Origin: an uncultured Candidatus Poseidoniales archaeon
GTDB lineage: Archaea; Thermoplasmatota; Poseidoniia; Poseidoniales; Poseidoniaceae
Direction of reading: 5' to 3'
NCBI GenBank assembly: GCA_905182635.1
Contig: CAJJCM010000026.1
Coordinates: 3,568-67,567 of the forward strand
Length of the DNA stretch: 64,000 nt
The notes below the pieces were generated by a model. It was not told the DNA's origin, did not search any database, and saw only the letters and a program-made list of their open reading frames with translations. This document shows positions 8,420 to 19,817 of the stretch, piece after piece. Numbering within the stretch: the first letter of the stretch is position 1; the number at the start of each line of letters is the position of its first letter. The position numbers were made by a program, and so were the translations under genes.

Positions 8420-11400
8420 TCACTTTTTCATCGCATCGACGTATTGCCATCCGAAATGGCTCCATTGATCAAGGGTCCATCCCTGAGGTAAGCCAGTAGG
8501 TGGAATTGGTGGTGGGTCACGTGCAGTTTCAAGGGCCGGAGGTGCTGCAACTGGCTCTGCAACTGATTGCGGTGGAGGAAGAACCAATCCAATTGGTGGA
8601 GGGATATTTATATCAATTTGAGGAAGCGTCTTTGAAAGATTTAACTCTTCGAGAACATCCTCAGTTTGGTCTTCTACACCGGGTTCTAATTCACCCGAAC
8701 GAATCCGACGATTCACCACTAACAACCACATCGCAAGGCTGAGCGAGACCAGTGCAATGAGGTAGAGCACTATACTGAAAGTTCCTTCCTGTGCCTGAAG
8801 GGCAAGGGCTTCACCATCTCGAATAGTTTCTTCTTTGATGAGCAGTGGGTCGAGCGTTTTACGGTCCATTTCAACTTCATCAACCAAGACAAGAAGACGG
8901 AATTCGATATTTTCACCTGCTTTGACATTGGCGACTGTCGGGAGGGTTCCCGTGATTACAGCACCCGCAGTGGCCACAAGGTCGACACGAGCGGTATCTT
9001 GCCAGAAACCTCCATCAACTGCTCGTTGCAATACAAATGCCACATCACCTTTGCCTCCAAGGTTGCGCACTTCGAAGCCAAGTTCTACAGCTTGTTCCGA
9101 AATTGGACTTGGGTCATCCCATGAAAAGAAACTGGTTGCTGCATCAAGGTCAATACTCGGCCCGAGCAAAGCCAGGGACCAAGAGGCGATTGGTTGACTC
9201 ATTGAATTACCAAGAGTATTGAACGGATTACCCGCTGAATCAGAACCTGAAACCCAGATATCGACCATATACGATGGTAGAAGTGTCGTTGAACCAGAGT
9301 CGGTGAGGTCGAGATTCCCTGTCCAGAAAAATTGCTCGCCGAAAGGAGTCGTATCAGGCAAAGGTACACTACCTCGTGAAATCGATGCTTCACCTGCACG
9401 AACTCGATAATGCAAGACGACTGGCTTATAGAGGTCAAATCCATGGTCGTCGACTGTTTCAAGCATGACGAGTAAATCGCCACAAGCGCCAATCGAAAGG
9501 TCGGAACCAGCTGAAACTTCATTCAAAGAAATAGCAGCAATATTCGGTCGTGAACTGTCTACAGCTAATCGAACCCGCTGAACCGACGGAGTTTCATCCA
9601 TAGCCAAACCAGGTAAATCACTGAGTTCAAGACGTAAGTCAAGGTGACCAGAAGGTACCGACGGAATCAACAGATCGAGGCTAAACTCTCCATCAGAACG
9701 AGTTGATGTTTTCCATGTGTTATCGTAATCTCCAAAAACAACATCAAACGCACCGGGTGGTGCAGGTGTTTCATCCTCTGAAAAGAGCACTCGACCATTG
9801 ACACGTAATGCTTGGCCAGCACCGATGAGCGTTTCTTTGAAATCAGAATTATAGTGGTTGGTTCCATCTCGTAATTCAACAGCACGAATATGACCTTCCG
9901 TGGTATCAAACCTAAAGTCATTATCAAGGCTCCATGCATCGTTCCCTAAGCCAGCAGTTGCTTCGAAGCAGGGGGTTTCTTCCCCCACATTACAAGGTAA
10001 ATCAGTGACCATTACCTTTGGAATAATTTGACTTAGCCCATTTGTATCAAATGATTCAGGAAACGTCCAGGTCAATTGGAATCGTGCAAGGATTTTGATA
10101 ATACTGTTATTATTTTCATCAATATCAACGCTTGAGTAGAGGTTCGAGACTGCAATGTTTGCAGACCCGGATTCGATAACTGCAATCGGGTCTCCATCTG
10201 CGCCTTTGGTCAAAGTGATGAACATGGATGTTTCATCATCATTAAAATCGCCACCAAGTGCGAGTTGAATATATTGAATGTCTTGCCAACCGTTGCGGTC
10301 AGACAGAAGAATTTGTGCAGTATATGGGATACCTGGATGGAGTGGTGTTTGATCATCGTGACCGAGAATGGTTGAGTTGTCAAGGTCGAGTTCAGGTTCG
10401 AATTCGACTCGAATCCGATAGGTCGCCAAATCATTGTCCCAATTTGGAACGACTTCTCCAGGAACATATCCGCATGCGATGTTACTGACGGGGCAGACTG
10501 GCCCACCGCCCATGGCAATGTCATTGTCTTGTGCATCCTTGCCCGAAATGAAGTAAGATACGCTTTGACCATGCTGAAGCATTGAATCATCAATAAGACC
10601 GTCAAAAATATTTAATCCTCCAGTTTGGGTATCAGGTGAAGTAAGTGTTTTCATTTCATATTCATCAGCATTTGGCAAACCATCAAAGTTGTAATCACTG
10701 CAACCAATTGATACGCCGGCTTTACATCCAATCCAATAATTGAGGGTCGCTTGATTCGGAGGGTCAACTGAATCTTGAATCACGATGCTGACTGCTTGAC
10801 CACCTGGTGAAGGAGGCCCTGCGTGGCGTTCACTTCCATCATTAGGAGTCGATAAGAGTACAAGTGGTGAGTTTCCATCCAACACAAGTCGAATGGTATT
10901 GTATCCCGGGTTTGCATATACCGAACCGTTTTGCATCTGGATTGCCTCGACGTAGAAGACCATGCCACCTGGAGCAGATTCAAGTGGTGATTGGAACGTA
11001 AGATTGTATTCACCAAACGCAGGGTTTTGTTCTTGAGCCAAGAGAGTAGGTTCTCCAATTGGGTCTCCATCATAGGTGACATTTTGCCCTAACACACGTA
11101 AAGCAAACTGGCCTGCCAACGGAGTGAGTTGTGAATTTTGGAAATGGATACTGCCTGTGAACGAGAGGTTGAAACCACCACGAACCCAGTCTTGCGAGTA
11201 GAGTTCTCTGCCGGTTTCTTCAAAGACACGCAATCCATCCAACTGAATATCGTTTTCGACAATGATGTCTAAATCTTCAGTTTCCCAACCGGTGACTGCT
11301 TGACCTAAATCATCATCAACAGAAATGAGGGCTTGCAACTTGCTTTCATCATCCCAGGTCCAATTCACTGAAACTGGCATCCGGATGGATACCATTCCGA

Positions 11401-13870
11401 GAGAATCCATCGTCGATGTGCAGTTGGCTACATCAAATTGAACGATACCTCCTGCATCACTGACTACCGAGCAAGTATCTCCCCGTTGCCAATCGAATGC
11501 AGGGTTTTCACCGTAAGAATTGTTCAGAGCGATGAGTGATTCTGTAACACGGTCGACTTCGTCACCTGGAGCGATACGAACCTGAAGGTTTCTGAACACA
11601 CCATCTGGTGAAAGAAGACCCCCTTCTAACGAGGCGTCAACCGCCCGAGTTTGCATCTGGTAAGCAATATCAATATTCGATATTTTTACTCGCCCAGAAG
11701 TTGCTGCTTTCACTGCAATAGGGATTAATACATTTCCATCACCATTCTGAGGTATGATGGAGTTAAAGGCTTGAACAAGCGTTGGTTGGTACTTCACATC
11801 TACGTTGACCACAGATTCGTCGCTCGCAATTACAGCGGACTCATTCAAGAAGAGAAGAGATTCCCAATCCCAAATCAGATCGTTGCCAATATCCAATTTC
11901 GGACGGTCAGGATAACCTTCCTCATATTCAAGTGTGATCAAATCAATAAGAGGTGAGAAGGAAATGTCTGAGGTCGTTAAACTCACTGCATATCGAATGG
12001 TATCTCCTGCCTCAGTTGATGGGAAACTAACCTCCTGATTATTTAATGCAGGAAGCCATGTTGAACCGTTATCATTTGAAACCTGAACCTCAATAGAGGT
12101 TCCCGGAGGTACGTCAGCAATCCAATTCGGCTTCACTTTGCCCACTTTCGTACCTGTGGTATGAGGTGGAGATGTCCAAGTGCCTGCGGGGGCATATTCC
12201 GTTGAATATTCAACATCAACCCACCAAGAAACTGCTGTTGAGCCAATTAATTGTGCTTTCCATAACAATTCTGTGCCCGGGTAAGAAAAGTGAATGGTTG
12301 AATTGGATTCAACGGATTCCCAATGGGTGCCATTATCTGCAGATACCCAATAATCAACACGGTCACCGATCGAAGCTGCGGACCAATATGTTTGCACATT
12401 GACGCTTAAAATGGGATCTCCAGATTCGGTCACAGGGCCCAACCATGTGGTGGTCCCAGGAGCGGGTGTAGTTTTGTATTGCCATCCAGTACCGTATTCA
12501 CGGTAATACAAAGTTGCTGAAGACCAAGAGGAATATCCACAGTCAACCGTTACGAATCGTGAACCGTCAAATTGGAGACCATATCCAAGTGCTGACAACA
12601 GGCGTATTCCAGTTTGAGGAACTAAAGAAGTGGAACTTCCTGAAATGGTCCAAGCTTCAAGTTGGTCCTTATCTTGGCCTGAAGAACCTTTCTGGCAACG
12701 CATGAAGAAGGTTGTTTCATTCACTTCTAATCCGCGAACTTGTTGTCCAGACTTTCCACATTCCCAAGAACTACCTGAAGATGAAGAATAAGAATACATG
12801 TCTTGTCCTCGTGTATATTGACCATCGGCTTGGTCTCCAAAGGTATAAGGTACAATTCTGCGTTGTGCGTTGTGGACAATCCAAACATCTTCGGTCACTC
12901 GGTCATAAGCAATTGCAGTGTAGTCGGAATACTGTGGTGAGACATCGTATGAATCGATGCACTTCCAGATATCATCTCGTGAGATATCCATCTCGAGAAC
13001 ACGATGGTATTGCGTCGGTGCCGATGAGGAGTAATGATAACGATAGCCGGAGAGAATTGCAAACATTCGCTCATCATCAGTAATGGTCCAATCTCGGAAA
13101 CCGTAACTTCCGTAATATGAACTGGGATGAAGCGAAGGAAGGGTGCATTGACCCTGGTCTAATGTAATAACTGACTCCCTCGTTCCATTATTCGGGTAAA
13201 GGCGATGGACAATGTTCTGGAAAGTCGAAGTACTCCAAGTCGACATGAAGAGCCAATCATGATGCTTTAGAATGGCGCCTTGGCTTTGTTTCGTAAGAGT
13301 GGATGAAGTCCTGAGAACTTGTTGCGAGAATCTGCTTTCGGTAGAATTCGAAGTATGCGGTTGTCGAACAGCGTACGAGCCGTTGTCAAGCCATGCATCG
13401 GACGCAGGGTTTTCAAGTTCATCATAGCCGTGTGGGAAAAAAGAAGTTGAACGATTGGAGAAGGCAAGACTTAATTCTCCACTCCGAGCATCTGTAGCGG
13501 AAGATGTTCCTTCAATCCAATCATCGCGGTCATCGGTAACCGTCTGGCTCCATCCAGTCGCAGATGCACCTGAAAGTGTCATGGAAACTTCGGTAACCAA
13601 GGCACCTTTTGGTAGAGAAACAATCGCCCCAGCATCCGGGTTTGCACCTTGATATAAGGCGACGTATTCACTTGAACCATCATGGAGGGAGTAAATATGT
13701 CGAGATACACCTGCAGCATCAGCAGAGCCAACAACAACATCTGCCATTGGTCCCATCGGTGAAAGAACCATGATAAAAAAAAGCACGAACATTATTCCGC
13801 GGCCATTCGATAAATCACTCTGCATGTCTGCCCCTCGATACATCCTTAGAGCCTTTAGCCTTTGAATCAT
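8420..13870 (-). CDS. Giant (about 1800 aa) secreted type-I membrane surface protein with an N-terminal signal peptide, a C-terminal transmembrane anchor and a Pro-rich, Trp-containing cytoplasmic tail
   Basis: Signal-peptide-like MFVLFFIMVLSPMGPMA. Long hydrophilic Thr/Ser/Asn-rich ectodomain. Transmembrane segment FSIVLYLIALVSLSLAMWLLVV followed by NRRIR. Tail PPPIGLVLPPPQ...LPQGWTLDQWSHFGWQYVDAMKK. Confidence 0.8.
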   Translation of the reverse strand: MIQRLKALRMYRGADMQSDLSNGRGIMFVLFFIMVLSPMGPMADVVVGSADAAGVSRHIYSLHDGSSEYVALYQGANPDAGAIVSLPKGALVTEVSMTLSGASATGWSQTVTDDRDDWIEGTSSATDARSGELSLAFSNRSTSFFPHGYDELENPASDAWLDNGSYAVRQPHTSNSTESRFSQQVLRTSSTLTKQSQGAILKHHDWLFMSTWSTSTFQNIVHRLYPNNGTRESVITLDQGQCTLPSLHPSSYYGSYGFRDWTITDDERMFAILSGYRYHYSSSAPTQYHRVLEMDISRDDIWKCIDSYDVSPQYSDYTAIAYDRVTEDVWIVHNAQRRIVPYTFGDQADGQYTRGQDMYSYSSSSGSSWECGKSGQQVRGLEVNETTFFMRCQKGSSGQDKDQLEAWTISGSSTSLVPQTGIRLLSALGYGLQFDGSRFVTVDCGYSSWSSATLYYREYGTGWQYKTTPAPGTTTWLGPVTESGDPILSVNVQTYWSAASIGDRVDYWVSADNGTHWESVESNSTIHFSYPGTELLWKAQLIGSTAVSWWVDVEYSTEYAPAGTWTSPPHTTGTKVGKVKPNWIADVPPGTSIEVQVSNDNGSTWLPALNNQEVSFPSTEAGDTIRYAVSLTTSDISFSPLIDLITLEYEEGYPDRPKLDIGNDLIWDWESLLFLNESAVIASDESVVNVDVKYQPTLVQAFNSIIPQNGDGNVLIPIAVKAATSGRVKISNIDIAYQMQTRAVDASLEGGLLSPDGVFRNLQVRIAPGDEVDRVTESLIALNNSYGENPAFDWQRGDTCSVVSDAGGIVQFDVANCTSTMDSLGMVSIRMPVSVNWTWDDESKLQALISVDDDLGQAVTGWETEDLDIIVENDIQLDGLRVFEETGRELYSQDWVRGGFNLSFTGSIHFQNSQLTPLAGQFALRVLGQNVTYDGDPIGEPTLLAQEQNPAFGEYNLTFQSPLESAPGGMVFYVEAIQMQNGSVYANPGYNTIRLVLDGNSPLVLLSTPNDGSERHAGPPSPGGQAVSIVIQDSVDPPNQATLNYWIGCKAGVSIGCSDYNFDGLPNADEYEMKTLTSPDTQTGGLNIFDGLIDDSMLQHGQSVSYFISGKDAQDNDIAMGGGPVCPVSNIACGYVPGEVVPNWDNDLATYRIRVEFEPELDLDNSTILGHDDQTPLHPGIPYTAQILLSDRNGWQDIQYIQLALGGDFNDDETSMFITLTKGADGDPIAVIESGSANIAVSNLYSSVDIDENNNSIIKILARFQLTWTFPESFDTNGLSQIIPKVMVTDLPCNVGEETPCFEATAGLGNDAWSLDNDFRFDTTEGHIRAVELRDGTNHYNSDFKETLIGAGQALRVNGRVLFSEDETPAPPGAFDVVFGDYDNTWKTSTRSDGEFSLDLLIPSVPSGHLDLRLELSDLPGLAMDETPSVQRVRLAVDSSRPNIAAISLNEVSAGSDLSIGACGDLLVMLETVDDHGFDLYKPVVLHYRVRAGEASISRGSVPLPDTTPFGEQFFWTGNLDLTDSGSTTLLPSYMVDIWVSGSDSAGNPFNTLGNSMSQPIASWSLALLGPSIDLDAATSFFSWDDPSPISEQAVELGFEVRNLGGKGDVAFVLQRAVDGGFWQDTARVDLVATAGAVITGTLPTVANVKAGENIEFRLLVLVDEVEMDRKTLDPLLIKEETIRDGEALALQAQEGTFSIVLYLIALVSLSLAMWLLVVNRRIRSGELEPGVEDQTEDVLEELNLSKTLPQIDINIPPPIGLVLPPPQSVAEPVAAPPALETARDPPPIPPTGLPQGWTLDQWSHFGWQYVDAMKK

Positions 13871-13892
13871 ACGCCCACCGGTTATTGAAACA

Positions 13893-16800
13893 TCAGTCTA
13901 TCTGACGTGAATCATACCGTATTGGAGAGGAGTCGCCACGAATGCCATCGTCCTCATCATCATGGACTTCAAACCAATCGACCATCCAATCACCATCCGT
14001 ATCCCAATTCATCGGATCTGAGCCTTCTGCAATGTGGTCATTATCCAAATCGAGTAAATACCAGCCGAATTCATGTTCACCAACTGCTCGAACAGGCGCA
14101 GTGTTTGGAGAACCAACATAGTAAATCTCCCAAGCATCTGTTCGGTTTCCAGCCAAATATATTTCATCATCACTTGAATCAAGAGAGAGGAAATTGATAT
14201 CTTTATCATCGACTAAGTATGCAAAACGGAAATCATTTCCATTGGATTTATCCATTTTCAAATAATTTTCAGCGCTTGAGCCATTCGAATCTAATTTCAA
14301 CAACGCGGCTCGCAATTGCCACCATTCAAGTACAATCTCTCCGTCATAAATCATGCCACTAAGGCGAACTGCATTCGGGGACGAGAGGTCGGAATCAGTG
14401 ATTGCATAGAATTCTTGGAAATTCGTATAGGGTTCATAGACACATCCAGCGCCTGTGCAATCCCAATTGCCATCTTGGTCAGGGTCATAATTCGCATCGA
14501 CTGGGTCAGCAGGATTCAAAGTAAACCATGTTGAAGATAAGTCTGGACGAGAGAGGACTCCTCCTGAGCCTTGCTGAGATAATGGCAAACAAGAATTTGT
14601 ATCGGTCGAACAAGTACCGCCAGTAGCAGCATCAATCCAAACGACTTGTATTTGCAAAAACGAACTGAAATTGTCGTTTAATTCATTCCATCCTTTGGAA
14701 TATTCAAACCAGTCCGGTAACATATCCCCATCGGTATCGTTATCACTTGGATTGATTCCATACTTGAACACTTCACGCCCATCTGAGAGGTTGAAGTCTT
14801 GTTGATGATAGACGACAACACCATTGGAAACAACCGTCGAATAGGAGACACTGTCTCCATCAGAATCGTTCAAATCAGGACGGGTCGAATTATCCCATTC
14901 CATTTTATTTGTAAATGGTAAGTCCCCAGTGCCGGATTGAATTATTGCTGTGCCAGGTGTGAACACTCGACCCGACCAAGAGCCTTGCTGAGCGGGTTGA
15001 TCGAAGGCAGAACGGTCATACCAGCCATCATGATCTCCATCATAATTGACATCCCAAGGATTCAATGGATTCGAGGCCCAATGGTTGATGGTTGAGGTAT
15101 CTTCCATTCCATACAAAGCATAACAGTATTCCCATCCATCCTCAATCCCGTCAGAATCGGAATCGGTACTCGTTGGGTCTGCAACTCCAAGCAGTGTTCG
15201 ATTGAAGTTATCGTTATCAAATTCGTTAATCATATCCATGCGGTCAGTACTTGATTGGCTCTTTGATACGAAATCAGTGTAAAGCGCTTGTTGAGCCTGT
15301 GCAAAAGTTATTCCAAGTTCTTCCATATACGCTTGCATAGCGTCATTTGCAAAATTTATAACTCCATCAGCAGCAGGAACCGAAAAGCGTGAGAGGTATT
15401 TCCCATAGGTCCGAGATTCCCATTCACGTAAATTCGAGAATCTCTCATCCATTGAAATATTACCATCACCGTCGCAATCGAAACTATCCCCATCAGTGTC
15501 AAGATTGACATCGTTATCGATGAGTGGATTCATACTCCAACGGTTCTCCTCCAAGTTCCATTCAGTAAACCAGTATTCAAATCCATCATACATGCCATCA
15601 TCATCCGTATCCGGATTGGTCGGGTCAGTCATGCCGAGGAGTGTTGAAAGAATAGCATTCGGTGGGACACCTGTCTGCCAATCATTGTAATCATTCAACA
15701 AACGCTTTCCACGAGTTTCTTTGGTGATGAGGATGTTGAAGACTCGCTGAGCTTTTTCTGTTGGTTGTTGTATATCTCCATCGAGGTGCAGGAGTGGGGC
15801 ATCAGAAGGATGTTCTAATCCATTCACTGGATTCTCAATGGCAACGGCAAATTCCTGACGGTCAATAAGGCCATCTCCATCACCATCAAATCCACCATCA
15901 CCAGGCACCAGCGGATTAAGAGTCCAAGTCTGAGCCGATACATTCCAAGAAGTAAACAGTTGTTCAATTCCGTCGATCATCCCGTCTCCGTCTGTGTCGA
16001 CGTTGTTCGGGTCAGAAGTCCAACCGGTCAAGTTCACTTGGTCAGAGGTGATAAAGGAGCCAAAGGAGTATTCTACAGAGTATCCTGGCCATTGTTGTAA
16101 GGCAAAAGCAGAACCAATAGTCGTAACAAACCATTGAGGTGCTGAGCGGTTTTGGTCAGTTTCAGTGAATTCAGGAGATATTGCATTGTATTCTTCCCAA
16201 TTCGCCATACCGTCGTCATCGGCATCTTCCCACCGGTCTGAAGAATCCAATGGATTCAAAGTCCACGCATCGTCAAGAACATTCCAACGAGCGAACCAAA
16301 TTTCCCAGCCATCAGGCATTCCATCGGAATCAGAATCCGCATCGAACGGGTCTGCAGAGCCCCTGTCAGTTAGTGTTTGAAGGGCAGTAACCGAGCCTGA
16401 TGCTCGGTCTCCGAAATTCGCTTCAGGTATTCCTAATGCCGCAACATTCGTGAATAAATCGGTCGAGAAGCCATTTGGAATTGGCTCACCATCAAACGTT
16501 TGGTTTCCTGTGAACAAATTTGAACGGATATGGAATTCCAAATAATTGACAAAGGCTTCAGAATCGTCTAACACTCCATCGTGGTTGATATCATATCCAT
16601 CCCCGTCAGGATTTTTAAAGAGGTCGGAAGCGTTGAGTGGGTTCACTCCTTTCCGAGAAGGGTCCCATGTGCAGGCACCACCTGATTCCCAGCCGTCTGG
16701 CAAAGAATCACCGTCAGAATCAATGTTATTTGGGTCCGCCTCAAACCATTCCAAGGTCGAGTTCACAGACTCACCATGCGATTCAAATAACAATCCTTCA

Positions 16801-19646
16801 AGACCAGCACCACGAACAAGTGACCACTGGTATTCGCAAAGGTTGGCCAGACCATCACGGTCGGCATCCCAATTCGCGTCTTCAGCTCGATTTGGGTCAA
16901 GTGTCCAATTATTGCCTCCATTAAACGAAGAGCCAACCCAACGTCGATGATGAATTTCCCACCCATCTGGCATGCCGTCCCCATCACTGTCAAAATTGGT
17001 TGGGTCCGTACCTCTATCGCTACTTGAAAGGCCGAGGTAAGTCGCATTGGCTGCTTGACCAGCCGCGTCATCACAAATGTACTCCATTTGAACCGAATAA
17101 TGGCACCAAAGTGTAGAGTCTTCATAGAAGAAACCGAAATACTCGCTGCCATCACCCAATCCATCACCATCGGTGTCGCCAACTGCGGGATTGGTCGAAT
17201 TGTACCCGTTTGGAGATTGAGTTTCATAACGGTATTCGTCCAGATTCGTCCAGAGACGTTCCAAGAATCCATCGCCTGCTTGGTCAAGATCAATTCCATC
17301 GCTATCGGTATCGAAAATCGAATCCCAAGGGTCGGTCGGGTCCAATCCATTGGCAACCTCCCATCCATCAGGCATTCCATCGTTATCAGAATCATTCGCA
17401 CCAGGGTTCATCAATTCCAAATTGGCATATCGCCCAGGCGATGAACCGGTGAAGATGGTAGTATTATCACCGATAGTAATTGTTTGAAGAGTGACTATTT
17501 CTCCAAAAACATCCTCCTGATTTTGGAATCCATAGACGGCAGAATAGTCACCGGAAATCGCCCAGAGGCCTTTGTCAGAACCAACTAAGATCTCGTCACC
17601 TGTGGAAATGAGCGAGTGGATGTTGTTGTAATTTCGAGTATATCTTCCTTCGATACCCGGATGTTCAAGCAACCCGCTGTGTGAGATTTTTGTGTCAACA
17701 AGGTTCATCATATGAACTCCCGAAGGAGTGCCGAACCACAGAACCTGTGAATTGGTTGGATTCGGGCCATCGAGTGCCATGGTTCGCACTTCAGCAGGAT
17801 TAGCAACCAGGCCGAGAGAAAGTGACCGTAATTCATCAATTGCTGTTGGATAAGGTGTGACTTCTGGCGTATAATAAAACCTCCACACCGCCTCAAAATC
17901 ACCACGTGCTGTTGTCGTTTCTCCGAACAACAATCCTCGGTCAGTCCCCACATACAGAGTATTATTCCCTCCACCTGCGGCGCCGTGAGCAATTCCTGTC
18001 ACCATGGCATTCGATAGAGTCAGTGCAGTTTCGAGTCCCGTTGCAATGTCGTATTGTTGTGCGATTTGCGAGGAAGTTGTAACCTCGAACACAGCGCCTT
18101 CACCCGATTGACCTAAGCCAATGATATGTTGATTTTGACCATCGAGATTCAAGAGAGAGAGTGCATAGAGTTCGTCAGAAAGTGACCAATCCCAAGTGGT
18201 CAGTGGGCCAATATTTCCATCAGCTTGAAGTGGGGCAATTGCCAAACCAATATTTGTTGCAATCGCTAAAGCAAAGGATGAGTCTTGAGCAGTGAGAAGT
18301 AATGATTCATGCAACTCAACCCCTTGAGGCATCCAGTGGTCGAAACTGACCATTTGGTCATAGTTAAAGACCGTTAATCCATAACGAGTCGTCGCATATA
18401 AAATCGCACCATCTTCATCAAGGTCCCGAATATCATGGTGTATGAGGCTCATTTCATCCGCTGGTGCGATAAAACTCAACGGAACAAACTGATGGCTGTC
18501 GAGTTGATTCCCGAGTAAAACAGATTTCATCCCAGGTAGAACCGAATTACCATCATCAGCATATACAAAGTATTCTTCCAAGGTAGAAAGTGATTCGCCT
18601 AAAGAAAGCGCAGTGAGAGTACGGCTCACATCGGGTGAAATTCCACCATCACGGTTCGCATCCCATCCGTCCGCATCGGGGTCGAGTAAAGCATTGGTTC
18701 GGTTCAAAGGTTCAAGACCGAAATGCACTTCCCATCCGTCAGGGATTCCATCTCCAAAAGAAGGAAACAGTCGGCGAATAGAAAATCCATCCCAATGATA
18801 GCGGTCCGAATCTGCAAGCAGAGGGTCGGTCCCGAGCCAAAGGTCTTCATCGATAACCATCGATGCGTTTTCAGTACAAGCGGAGAGTAAATGTTTGAAT
18901 GTTGCATTTTGGCCTGCGGGGATAAATGGCCAACTTTTGAAGATTGAACCTTCTGGCAAAGTAGCCGAACACCACATCCCATCCAACTCAGTGGTATGAT
19001 TCAATGGTGCACCTTGAATGTATTCTTCCGGTGATGAAAAACGTTCTGTCGTCGACAATACTCCGTCGCGATTAACATCAAATCCATCTTCATCTGGGTC
19101 GTCATACAGATCAGAGCTGTTCAAAGGGTCAAAACTCTGGCATTCATACTTCTGAGTAAAGATGTTGTAACCACCTACGCGCTCACACATGTATGCTTCG
19201 TATCCATCCGGCATTCCATCGCCATCCGTATCGGACATACGAGGGTCAAGATAACTTCGCTCACCCTCGCCATCGACTGTACCAGTCAGTCCACGAGGAA
19301 ATCCTGGGGAGGTACAATTTGCTGGATACGGCCAGCAAAATTCTTCGGTAGCATTCAAACCATCGTGGTCTTGGTCGATAAAAGCATCCGAGGCATTGTT
19401 GCTGTCCATTCCCTGCATGATGACTGCACGGCCATCGACCGTGCTCCAATTCAGCCATTCATCAAACAAATTTTCATGGACATCGGGTATTTTGTCTCCA
19501 TCACTGTCAGTTGTCGGAGGCTTGGAGCCATCCGTCGTATCTGGATGCAGATTCGAAACTGACGAAACTGCAGGAAATTGGGACATGAACATTAAACTCG
19601 CGACAACGGCAAGAGTGGTTAGAAGAGTGGTTAAACTACGACGCAT
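13893..19646 (-). CDS. Giant (1917 aa) secreted calcium-binding repeat protein carrying more than 20 thrombospondin-type-3-like DxDxDG repeats
   Basis: N-terminal signal peptide (LTTLLTTLAVVASLMFMSQFPAVSS). Repeated DTDGDGMPDGWE, DSDGDSLPDGWE, DTDDDGMYDGFE and DTDGDWMVDWFE type loops along the whole length. Central beta-propeller-like region. No C-terminal transmembrane segment. Confidence 0.85.
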   Translation of the reverse strand: MRRSLTTLLTTLAVVASLMFMSQFPAVSSVSNLHPDTTDGSKPPTTDSDGDKIPDVHENLFDEWLNWSTVDGRAVIMQGMDSNNASDAFIDQDHDGLNATEEFCWPYPANCTSPGFPRGLTGTVDGEGERSYLDPRMSDTDGDGMPDGYEAYMCERVGGYNIFTQKYECQSFDPLNSSDLYDDPDEDGFDVNRDGVLSTTERFSSPEEYIQGAPLNHTTELDGMWCSATLPEGSIFKSWPFIPAGQNATFKHLLSACTENASMVIDEDLWLGTDPLLADSDRYHWDGFSIRRLFPSFGDGIPDGWEVHFGLEPLNRTNALLDPDADGWDANRDGGISPDVSRTLTALSLGESLSTLEEYFVYADDGNSVLPGMKSVLLGNQLDSHQFVPLSFIAPADEMSLIHHDIRDLDEDGAILYATTRYGLTVFNYDQMVSFDHWMPQGVELHESLLLTAQDSSFALAIATNIGLAIAPLQADGNIGPLTTWDWSLSDELYALSLLNLDGQNQHIIGLGQSGEGAVFEVTTSSQIAQQYDIATGLETALTLSNAMVTGIAHGAAGGGNNTLYVGTDRGLLFGETTTARGDFEAVWRFYYTPEVTPYPTAIDELRSLSLGLVANPAEVRTMALDGPNPTNSQVLWFGTPSGVHMMNLVDTKISHSGLLEHPGIEGRYTRNYNNIHSLISTGDEILVGSDKGLWAISGDYSAVYGFQNQEDVFGEIVTLQTITIGDNTTIFTGSSPGRYANLELMNPGANDSDNDGMPDGWEVANGLDPTDPWDSIFDTDSDGIDLDQAGDGFLERLWTNLDEYRYETQSPNGYNSTNPAVGDTDGDGLGDGSEYFGFFYEDSTLWCHYSVQMEYICDDAAGQAANATYLGLSSSDRGTDPTNFDSDGDGMPDGWEIHHRRWVGSSFNGGNNWTLDPNRAEDANWDADRDGLANLCEYQWSLVRGAGLEGLLFESHGESVNSTLEWFEADPNNIDSDGDSLPDGWESGGACTWDPSRKGVNPLNASDLFKNPDGDGYDINHDGVLDDSEAFVNYLEFHIRSNLFTGNQTFDGEPIPNGFSTDLFTNVAALGIPEANFGDRASGSVTALQTLTDRGSADPFDADSDSDGMPDGWEIWFARWNVLDDAWTLNPLDSSDRWEDADDDGMANWEEYNAISPEFTETDQNRSAPQWFVTTIGSAFALQQWPGYSVEYSFGSFITSDQVNLTGWTSDPNNVDTDGDGMIDGIEQLFTSWNVSAQTWTLNPLVPGDGGFDGDGDGLIDRQEFAVAIENPVNGLEHPSDAPLLHLDGDIQQPTEKAQRVFNILITKETRGKRLLNDYNDWQTGVPPNAILSTLLGMTDPTNPDTDDDGMYDGFEYWFTEWNLEENRWSMNPLIDNDVNLDTDGDSFDCDGDGNISMDERFSNLREWESRTYGKYLSRFSVPAADGVINFANDAMQAYMEELGITFAQAQQALYTDFVSKSQSSTDRMDMINEFDNDNFNRTLLGVADPTSTDSDSDGIEDGWEYCYALYGMEDTSTINHWASNPLNPWDVNYDGDHDGWYDRSAFDQPAQQGSWSGRVFTPGTAIIQSGTGDLPFTNKMEWDNSTRPDLNDSDGDSVSYSTVVSNGVVVYHQQDFNLSDGREVFKYGINPSDNDTDGDMLPDWFEYSKGWNELNDNFSSFLQIQVVWIDAATGGTCSTDTNSCLPLSQQGSGGVLSRPDLSSTWFTLNPADPVDANYDPDQDGNWDCTGAGCVYEPYTNFQEFYAITDSDLSSPNAVRLSGMIYDGEIVLEWWQLRAALLKLDSNGSSAENYLKMDKSNGNDFRFAYLVDDKDINFLSLDSSDDEIYLAGNRTDAWEIYYVGSPNTAPVRAVGEHEFGWYLLDLDNDHIAEGSDPMNWDTDGDWMVDWFEVHDDEDDGIRGDSSPIRYDSRQID

Positions 19647-19817
19647 TTTGAGACCAGCCTACAAAGCATACGCTTCGCAGGTGTGTATCGCTCTCAAGAC
19701 ACTTATGAGGATGATGGAGCGATGTTCGGACAATTTCGGATTTATTGCCCCCATAATATATATCACGGGGAAAGAATCTGTATGTGCCATGTGTGAGGAG
19801 GGAGGATAAAGTAGTCA

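Noticed and set aside
16546-17452. ORFs of 80-212 aa on either strand (16546..16950 +, 16763..17401 -, 17055..17444 +, 17210..17452 +) in the region covered by the 1917-aa TSP3 gene
   Set aside because: Shadow ORFs in alternative frames or the opposite strand of a gene with strong repeated-motif coding evidence. Low-complexity, codon-mirror composition.
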